DNA of 6,547 nucleotides, from the NCBI RefSeq assembly GCF_006345805.1, contig NW_021829347.1, positions 1 to 6,547 of the forward strand. The letters run 5' to 3'. The stretch comes from Octopus sinensis. Taxonomy: Eukaryota. Shown here piece by piece: positions 1 through 6,547 of this stretch. The notes beneath the pieces are model-generated. The model was not told the origin of the DNA. It ran no database searches and worked only from the letters and a program-made list of their open reading frames with translations. Each line of letters opens with the position of its first letter. Positions within the stretch are counted from its first letter, which is position 1. Made by a program: the position numbers and the translations under genes.

Positions 1-123
1 GATGATGATGATGACAACGACGACGAACGATGTGACCGAGGTGGTGTTGCGGTGATGCTGTTGGTGGTGTGGTTGGTGGTGTGGCGTTGGCGCGGCGGTG
101 GCGGCGGCGGCGGCGGCGGCGGC
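1..123. repeat. GC-rich trinucleotide microsatellite mosaic (GAT/GAC, GGT, (GGC)8)
   Basis: GAT and GAC runs at the window start, GGT-rich sequence around 40-80, and a perfect (GGC)8 at 100-123. Confidence 0.9.
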
Positions 124-317
124 AGTTGTTGCGTTGATGTAATAAGTGAATCTTTATGATTATCGTTAACAGTTGTTATCATGGCAATGACTACGAGTTG
201 GATCGCTTTGTCGTAATTCACCAGAAACATTCTAAAACAAAAGATGAAACAAACACAAACAGAATATCTCTCTTTAAGGAGGATGGGTAAAAATTATTCC
301 TATCATCATTTTATCAC

Positions 318-334
318 TATTATTATTATTATTA

Positions 335-379
<45 letters not shown>

Positions 380-398
380 CGTTATTATTATTATTATC

Positions 399-441
<43 letters not shown>

Positions 442-532
442 TATTATTATTATTATTATCGTTATTATTATTATTATTAATTATTATTATATTATTATTA
501 TTAGTATTATCGTTATTATTATTATTATTATC

Positions 533-583
<51 letters not shown>

Positions 584-988
584 TATTATTATTATCATTA
601 TCGTTATTAATATTATCATGATTGTTATTTTATAGAGACCAGTACTGTATTATCATCATCATTATTATTAGTTTTTTTATTATTATGTTATTATTATTTT
701 ATATTATTAGTTTATTATTATTATTATTATTATTATTGTTGCTATTATTATTATTGTTGTTGTTGTTGTTTTGTTGTTATATTATTATTATTATTAACAT
801 CATCATCATCATTATTGTTATAATTATTATTAGTATTAATATTATATCGTTTTGTTGCTATTTGTACTACTACTACTACATTTATTATAATTAGTATTAT
901 TATGATTATTGTTACTTTATTGCTGTTATAATTATTGTTATTATTATTATTATTACTCTTGTTACTATTATTATATTCCTTATTATTA
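318..988. repeat. (ATT)n microsatellite mosaic with ATC, GTT and ACT variants (T-rich on the + strand)
   Basis: Nearly pure ATT from about 318 to 600 with occasional ATCGTT interruptions, then degenerate ATT/ATC/GTT/TAC runs to about 988. It accounts for the poly-L, poly-I and poly-Y ORFs. Confidence 0.95.
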
Positions 989-990
989 AC

Positions 991-1211
991 GATGATGATG
1001 ATGAAGACGACAACGACGATGACGAAGATAATGATAATAATATTGATGGTGAGGAAGATGATGATGATAATGATGATGATGATGATGATGACGATGATGA
1101 TGATGATAATAATAATAATATTTATAACATGGATTTCTCCTAATAACAGAAGAAGGCATTTAACAACAATAATAATACTAACAGTAATAGTAGTAGTAGT
1201 AGTAGTAATAA

Positions 1212-1249
<38 letters not shown>

Positions 1250-1339
1250 ATGATAATATTAATAATAATACCAATAATAATAATAATATTGATAATAATA
1301 TTATTGTTAATAATAATGATAATGGTAATAATGATGATG

Positions 1340-1378
<39 letters not shown>

Positions 1379-1461
1379 TTGATAATAATGATAATAATGA
1401 TATAATAATAATAATAATAATAATTGATAATAATAATAATAATAATAATAATAAAATAATA

Positions 1462-1493
<32 letters not shown>

Positions 1494-1530
1494 ACAATAA
1501 TATTGATGATGATAATAATAATAATAATGA
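991..1530. repeat. (GAT)n/(AAT)n/(AGT)n microsatellite mosaic (A-rich on the + strand)
   Basis: GAT/GAC runs at about 991-1105, AGT runs at about 1185-1250, and AAT runs with GAT interruptions at about 1250-1530. Confidence 0.95.
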
Positions 1531-1793
1531 GAATGAGAATCGCAAAAACGAAAAGAATAGCTATGCTAAATTAAATCAACAACAACAATAATGCAAATAA
1601 CAAAGCTAATTAGAAACATGCAACTAAACACATGGTGTGTATATTTACGCGTAGCCATTTGCCCAGAAACTATAATAAAAAAATAATAGCGAGTTTCATG
1701 CATGTTTTATGGATATAATGTAGATTAGCCATGCCTAATAACTGGCTGCAAACAAATCGCTTTATATGTGAAACAGACCATGAATTATATCAA

Positions 1794-2294
1794 TGTGTGT
1801 TGTGTGTGTGTTGTGTTGTGAGTATGTGCGTGTGTTTGTGTGTTTGTGTGTGTGTATAAACACATACCTATATAAGTATGTATATAAATATATATGTATA
1901 TATATACATATATATATATATACATATACGTACGTATATAAATACACATATATATATACATATCTATATAGATATATATTTATATAAATATATATATATA
2001 CATGCATACTTGCGTACATATATACATATATATATGTATGCAAATATATATATATATATTATATATATATGTACATCCATCCACATATATGTATGCATGT
2101 ATGTAATTACATATATATATATGTATGCATGTATGCACGTGTGTATATATGTATGTACGCAAGTATGCACGTACGTGTGGATGGATGTATATATATATAT
2201 ATAGATAGATAAGTCTACATATATACTTAAATGTATATATATATAGATATGCGTGTGTTTGTGCCTGAGTGTGTGTGCGTATATATGTGCATGA

Positions 2295-2332
<38 letters not shown>

Positions 2333-2345
2333 AGAACATATGCAT
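1794..2345. repeat. Alternating purine-pyrimidine dinucleotide tract: (TG)n, (TA)n/(CA)n mosaic, (TG)n
   Basis: Imperfect TG at about 1794-1856, a TA/CA/TG mosaic at about 1858-2250, and a perfect (TG)15T at 2298-2328. It accounts for the YIYI and THTH ORFs. Confidence 0.95.
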
Positions 2346-2580
2346 GCTTGCTTCATACGAGAAGCAGATGTTGCATTGTTTTAGCAAAGAATTTCTCGTA
2401 AATGCCGTGATAACAACAATGAAAGTGTACTGAGACATTAATACGATAATTCTTTTTTATGGATGTGCATTGCTCTCCGCTTATATACATTACTTTATAC
2501 ATACATACCGTGTCATGTCATTCTCCTCTTTCATAATGCCTTTTAAGAAGATTTCCTTGTATTGGCGTGAAAGTAATTAC

Positions 2581-2670
2581 GCCCACATACTACATATATA
2601 CAGACACCAATACACACACATGCATACACACAGACGCACTCTCTCTCTCTCTCACACACACACACACATA
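2581..2670. repeat. (CA)n/(CT)n compound microsatellite
   Basis: Degenerate CA/TA run, then (CT)7 at 2639-2652 directly abutting (CA)8 at 2653-2668. Confidence 0.9.
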
Positions 2671-3282
2671 TAACATTTACCGAATGACAAAGGAACAGGG
2701 TTTACGTTTACTTAATCAACTTGTTTAGCTTACCTTACAGCTGTTTCTGGTATAAAAAAAACAGTGCACTAAACAGAGTGCTTGTGCAATATTGTATAAC
2801 TTCCTGAGAACAATGAAATTAAAGTATATGTTTGAAGTCATACGATATTGCACAAATGCACAGCTCTGACAGTGCTGCTTCTAATTGCATAATCAGCTGG
2901 AAGGTAATGAAGAAGATTCGTGGTCTTTTGTCATTTTTAATGGATATAAAGCTCTATACTCATCTTGCGTTCTTTTTAAGGAATATCGATTTCTAACAAC
3001 TGATTATTAGCATCGCAATATTTAAGTGATACTAATAATTATAATATTTATATCGTAGAGCCTCCCAAGACTAGGCACTGATAACTAAGCGTTACCTAAG
3101 CCTTATAAGTTTATCTTTGAAGACAATCAACCGATATCAATGTAGGTAATCTCCTATGAATCTACAAACGTTTCCCACTTTGGTAGAATGAAGGACAACT
3201 CGGAATAACGAGACTAAGAAATAAAAAAATTCGCAAACATGTTTAACAAATAAGTATTCCCATCATTAGCGACCAAATGGAT

Positions 3283-3367
3283 ACACACACCGCCCGGTCT
3301 GTGATTCGAACCCGCTTTCCCTTGACCGCGAGTCCGCTGCTCTAGCCACTAGGCCATGTGCCTCCAC
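3283..3367 (-). mobile_element. tRNA-derived SINE, 5' head only (body and tail absent)
   Basis: The minus strand reads GTGGAGGCACATGGCCTAGTGGCTAGAGCAGCGGACTCGCGGTCAAGGGAAAGCGGGTTCGAATCACAGACCGGGCG. It has a Pol III A box TGGCCTAGTGG (3346-3356) and a B box GGTTCGAATCA (3302-3312). By my hand alignment, 3291-3367 matches 5399-5476 at 63 of 78 columns, and similarity stops at about 3283. Confidence 0.85.
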
Positions 3368-3673
3368 CTTGTACTATATGCTACAGGAAAAATCAAAGTG
3401 TCTGCTAGTAGTAAGTGAATAAATACTTCATTAACCGTCTGAACCCGTAACACCGACTTAGCGGTGGATCGCTTATTTTTTCTATACCGTAGTACCGCTC
3501 TATAGCGTAGCACTGGTGGAATGCCATGTATATGGTAAAATAAGTTTCAGGAAGCCAGGGCCAAAGGGTTAAAATATTCACCACAAGCAAACATAAAATA
3601 TATCACACCATACCCTAAACTAATAATTATTATAATATCGTATAAGACATTGTAAAAACATGAGAATGGTATA

Positions 3674-3703
3674 TTGCGTTGTCCGGAAAGTTCGTACCGA
3701 TTT
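3674..3703 (+). repeat. Mariner terminal inverted repeat (3' end of the element)
   Basis: Inverted match to 4210-4239 at 28 of 30 positions, preceded by TA. Confidence 0.95.
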
Positions 3704-3746
3704 TTAAAGGGAAGAAACAGGTCAATAAATACTTGCCATTACATTT

Positions 3747-4057
3747 TTAATCAACCAAATATGAACCATTTGGTTCCACAATGCGTCTCCATCTTTCCTT
3801 TAACTTGAAAATACCCTCTTCCCAGAATTGAGGTGGTTTCAGGGCAAAGAATTCATCAAGGTATCTTTTTACGTCATCCAAGGAATTGAAATTTTTACCA
3901 TTAAGACTATTCTGCAGAGACCAGAATAAGTGGAAATCTGAAGGAGCAACATCTGGTGAATATGGAGGGTGGGGTAACACATCCCAGTCGACCTGCAGCA
4001 ATTTTTGTCTGCTTCCCAAAGCATCAAGTACTGAAAATGAACTTTCTTATCTTCCAT
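3747..4057 (-). pseudogene. Mariner DD34D transposase remnant: about 15 N-terminal codons joined out of frame to about 87 C-terminal codons
   Basis: ATG at 4057 gives MEDKKVHFQYLMLWE, which resembles a mariner N-terminus. From 4010 a different frame gives RQKLLQVDWDVLPHPPYSPDVAPSDFHLFWSLQNSLNGKNF...WEEGIFKLKERWRRIVEPNGSYLVD, ending in TAA at 3747-3749. This part has the mariner W-x-x-L-P-H-P-P-Y-S-P-D-x-A-P-S-D-x-x-L-F motif with the third catalytic Asp. The HTH domains, the WVPHEL linker and the first two catalytic Asp residues are missing. Confidence 0.93.
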
Positions 4058-4209
4058 TTTAAAGGGCTACAGAATTAACACAAGTTATAGGAACATAAAC
4101 CTTCTTCCACGAAAAGATAGCTTAAACTGTGCTCTAAATGGAGGTGTAGTCAAATCCTATTTTATGGACTCAACCATGTTTTAAAATAAGTCGAAATGTA
4201 AGCTACTAT

Positions 4210-4239
4210 AAATCGGCACGAACTTTCCGGACAACCCAA
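4210..4239 (-). repeat. Mariner terminal inverted repeat (5' end of the element)
   Basis: Inverted match to 3674-3703 at 28 of 30 positions, followed by TA. Confidence 0.95.
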
Positions 4240-4449
4240 TATTATGATGTATCATAAAAGCACAAGAAAATATTAGAACGCTATATTATGATATATTGTA
4301 AAAATACTCGAAATAAAACCATTAGATTTATGTTTATAATATATTATAAAAACACCAGAACTTAAATCATTAAAATAATATATAATATGTTACAATATAT
4401 TAAAAACACCAGCTCTTAAATGATAAGAATAATATATTATATTGTTATA

Positions 4450-4655
4450 TTTCGGAATGGTCACTTTGCCAGTTTAGCCAATAAAAACACACGCACTATA
4501 TATTTGGTGTTATTTTGCTTCAGTGTTATTTATTTTTTACATTAATCTTAATCTTATTTCGGCCAGAGTTCTTACGTCACACTCCTGTGACCGCATCAGT
4601 GGTCCTTTGTTTTCTTCTTTCTTATTTGTGTCTCTCCTTACTAACCGTCAGCCAT
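4450..4655 (-). other. GC-richer module inside the AT array with a partial hammerhead-like core; possibly a terminal-repeat relic of a Penelope-like retroelement
   Basis: Minus strand 4599-4557 reads CTGATGC, then GGTCA...TGGCC (can pair), then GAAA. The family assignment is inference only, as no RT or endonuclease ORF is present in the window. Confidence 0.3.
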
Positions 4656-5025
4656 TTTGTTAAACTATTTAAATAATATATTGTAATATATATTTTAAAA
4701 ACATCAAAACATAAACCCTTAGAGAAATTTATTATAATATATTATAAAAATGCCATAATATAATAATATGTCACAAATCACCAGAAGAAAAAGTGTTGCA
4801 ATAATATTATAACTTATAAAATTGTAATTGTCAGGTGGGCTGAGATGAAGAGGGACGGGGATTAGCGTGAAATGGGTGTATCTTGGTGAAGTGGTAAAAG
4901 GTTGTTATCTGATAGAAGTAGTAGGGAGAGCTGATGTGAGTAGGACTGGTATGCAGTTTAGGAAAGTGCTACAGGGTTGGTACCTTTGCAACATATGCCA
5001 ATCAGAGGTATGCCTTCCGTCCATG

Positions 5026-5095
5026 ACACACACGCACGCACATGCACACACCACACACACACACACACACTCACATTTACACACACACATTCACA
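5026..5095. repeat. (CA)n microsatellite mosaic
   Basis: Imperfect CA/CG/CAT run. It accounts for the THTH and CVCV tracts of the 4867 and 4905 ORFs. Confidence 0.9.
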
Positions 5096-5171
5096 AAGGC
5101 GTCCACGCGTGTGTACGTATCTTGTATATTATATATAAGAGCTTGTGTTCGAAGTATTTTGATACGTAAGT

Positions 5172-5477
5172 GATCCCCGCGACCGACCAAGCTATCAGAT
5201 GTTGCTACACCTCGCTGGTCACAATGCGCTTCACAGTGTTTTAGCCTTCAAATGATGCCACCCCGCTGGCTAAGCGAGCAGGCCAACAGAAGAAAGAGTG
5301 AGAGAAAATCGGGACGAAAGAGTACAGCAGGGATCGCCTCCATTCCCTGGCGGAGCCTCGTGGAGTTTTAGGTGTTTTCGCTCAATAAACACTCACAACG
5401 CCCGGTCTGGAAATCGAAACCGCGATCCTACGACCGCGAGTCCACTGCCCTAACCACTAGGCCATTGCGCCTCTACG
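5172..5477 (-). mobile_element. Apparently full-length tRNA-derived SINE, 306 bp, with a 12-bp target-site duplication; resembles octopus tRNA-derived SINEs from recollection
   Basis: An exact direct repeat TGATACGTAAGT flanks it at 5160-5171 and 5478-5489. The head has an A box TGGCCTAGTGG (5454-5464) and a divergent B box GGTTTCGATTTCC (5409-5421), followed by about 220 bp of body and tail. The head is homologous to 3291-3367. Confidence 0.92.
5409..5464 (-). promoter_or_regulatory. Internal RNA polymerase III type 2 promoter (A and B boxes) of the SINE
   Basis: A box TGGCCTAGTGG and B-box-like GGTTTCGATTTCC with tRNA-like spacing. Activity is unknown. Confidence 0.65.
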
Positions 5478-5639
5478 TGATACGTAAGTAGTATGACAAA
5501 ATCATGAAGACGAAGAAATACAAATAACGGGAAACGAGAAAAGCGTAGCATCCTTTATATGATCCATGTTCCATGTTCCATGCAGCATCAGCCATCATGA
5601 GACCAGAAAGGAGAAAATAAACGTGAGGCTATACAAATT

Positions 5640-5759
5640 CGCCTTTGTTGATTATATTATAAAAACACCAACGTGAAAGCATAAGGATGATATATTATGA
5701 TATGATATAATCTATCAAATATCAAAAGTACAAACATAACAATCATGTATTATAATAAA
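5640..5759. repeat. Further copies of the AT-rich repeat seen at 3620-4830
   Basis: TATATTATAAAAACACCA at 5653-5670 is identical to 4340-4357 (18 bp). TATATTATGATAT at 5691-5703 is identical to 4282-4294 (13 bp). Confidence 0.55.
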
Positions 5760-6200
5760 CTAGCAGTATAGCCCGGCGTTGCTCGGGTGTGTTTTCTAGT
5801 TCCGCTTAAAACGGCAGACTTTGATGTCGCGTTAACAAAGTTTTGATATAATTTCAATCTTGTTTGAAAAGTAAAACTTTTGCATTATGTAGCTTGTTAT
5901 TCTCTTTAGGTGAACATTTTTCTGGTTGAAATACACTGAAAAATGGCGAAACAGCAGTAAAAAAATCGTAAAAAATAGGGATTTTCATTAAAAAATAACG
6001 CACCTTTTTTTATGTAAATAATTTTTGGTCTTAACATGGTCCGATTAAAATTTTTTTCTTCTACGGAATGAAGAGCAAGGCTTCTTCTATCATACTCTCA
6101 ATTTTGGTCAACTTGCGCCGCAGGGTCTCGGAGGAGATAGTGTTAGTTGAAGGCTACCACACCTGCCACACACACACAACTTAAGCTTTATATGTATAGA
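5760..6200 (-). mobile_element. Non-autonomous Helitron (rolling-circle transposon), 441 bp
   Basis: On the minus strand it begins with TC at 6200-6199 after a host A (6201) and ends with CTAG at 5763-5760 before a host T (5759). There is no TSD. A 16-nt GC-rich hairpin (CCCGGCGTTGCTCGGG, 5772-5787 on +) lies 12 nt from the 3' end, and a short (TG)n lies near the 5' end (about 6167-6178). It has no Rep/Helicase ORF. Confidence 0.85.
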
Positions 6201-6520
6201 TTATAATTATAGTAGAGGAAAGAAAAAATATTCACAGCAAAAAGAACACTGAAAGATCGATGCGCAGAATGACTTCAGAGAATCGACGTTATGTACAAAT
6301 ATCTCTGTTAACATGTTTCTAAAATGTTTGACTTCAAACTCTCACATCGAACATACTACAAATACGACATTTTCTCGTCATTTGACCATGCTGTTAAAAC
6401 TAGAAGCTATTCTGATAAGTGATAATGCAGAGAACTAAACAAAGCACATAAGAAAAAGAAAGACATCAGTTGATAATACCACCATAGCAATAATATACAG
6501 ACTTGCACTACATATTATCC

Positions 6521-6544
6521 ATATATATATATATATATATATAT
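6521..6544. repeat. (AT)12 microsatellite
   Basis: Perfect AT run at the window end. Confidence 0.95.
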
Positions 6545-6547
6545 TAT

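Larger units (their letters stand above)
3674..4239 (-). mobile_element. Internally deleted, non-autonomous mariner (Tc1/mariner) DNA transposon, 566 bp
   Basis: 30-bp TIRs at 3674-3703 (TTGCGTTGTCCGGAAAGTTCGTACCGATTT) and 4210-4239 (reverse complement TTGGGTTGTCCGGAAAGTTCGTGCCGATTT) match at 28 of 30 positions. TA flanks both ends (3672-3673 and 4240-4241). Transposase N- and C-terminal remnants lie inside. Confidence 0.96.
3620..4830. repeat. Degenerate AT-rich repeat array (unit resembling TATATTATAATATATTATAAAAACACCAG), interrupted by the mariner and by a GC-richer core at about 4450-4655
   Basis: Recognisable copies start near 4282, 4330, 4386, 4676 and 4730, with spacing of 48 and 56 bp among the first three. 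Palindromic cores are TTTATAATATATTATAAA (4333-4350) and TTATAATATATTATAA (4732-4747). The outer boundaries are approximate. Confidence 0.6.

Noticed and set aside
244-1545. ORFs 244-480, 332-619, 622-894, 751-1545 and 935-1405 as membrane or low-complexity proteins
   Set aside because: They are translations of ATT/AAT/GAT/AGT microsatellites, which lack stop codons in some frames. They overlap on both strands and contain no domain.
1762-2673. ORFs rich in YI, TH and CV dipeptides (1762-2043, 1793-1987, 1878-2204, 1964-2356, 1980-2162, 2470-2673)
   Set aside because: They are artefacts of dinucleotide repeats.
3291-3367. The two A-box/B-box segments (here and 5399-5476) as genuine tRNA genes
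   Set aside because: I could not build a proper acceptor stem or anticodon arm, and one copy continues into a SINE body flanked by a TSD.
3405-3590. 61-aa minus-strand ORF
   Set aside because: It is short, starts at a non-ATG codon and has no recognisable motif, consistent with chance.
3747-4019. 90-aa ORF as a functional transposase or a domesticated SETMAR-like gene
   Set aside because: It starts at TTG at the deletion junction, lacks the DNA-binding domain and two of three catalytic Asp residues, and lies between TIRs.
3869-4057. 62-aa ORF as an independent small protein
   Set aside because: Only the first 15 or so residues are real transposase N-terminus. The rest is out-of-frame read-through past the deletion junction.
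4282-4430. Spaced AT-rich repeats as a CRISPR array
   Set aside because: The repeats are degenerate and low-complexity with irregular spacing. The context is eukaryotic and there are no cas genes.
4453-4523. Second hammerhead-like pair on the minus strand (CTGAAGC ... CCGAAA)
   Set aside because: No stem II closes between the two boxes and no stem I or III is evident.
4837-4876. G-quadruplex from four GGG runs
   Set aside because: The loops are 12, 2 and 13 nt, too long for a canonical stable G4, and there is no other support.
4867-5169. ORFs 4867-5169 (+) and 4905-5090 (-)
   Set aside because: Both run through the (CA)n tract and contain no domain motif. The + strand ORF starts at GTG.
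5563-5582. TCCATGT repeated about 2.9 times
   Set aside because: A small slippage duplication with no further context.

Overview
This is a gene-poor, AT-rich eukaryotic window, probably from an octopus or other cephalopod (inferred from my recollection of the SINE family and from the microsatellite load; not verified). I find no credible host protein-coding gene, and no CRISPR array or prokaryotic operon. Bases 1-2670 are mostly tri- and dinucleotide microsatellite mosaics, which explain most of the ORF track. The rest is a cluster of transposon relics, all on the minus strand. These are: a head-only tRNA-derived SINE fragment (3283-3367); an internally deleted 566-bp mariner with 30-bp TIRs and a TA duplication (3674-4239); an apparently complete 306-bp tRNA-derived SINE with a 12-bp TSD (5172-5477); and a 441-bp non-autonomous Helitron with canonical ends (5760-6200). 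The mariner and the Helitron both interrupt copies of one degenerate AT-rich palindromic repeat. That repeat also flanks a partial hammerhead-ribozyme-like core at 4557-4599. I do not see convincing evidence of a new biological system. The best leads are the shared insertion motif, the hammerhead-like module and the mariner deletion derivative.
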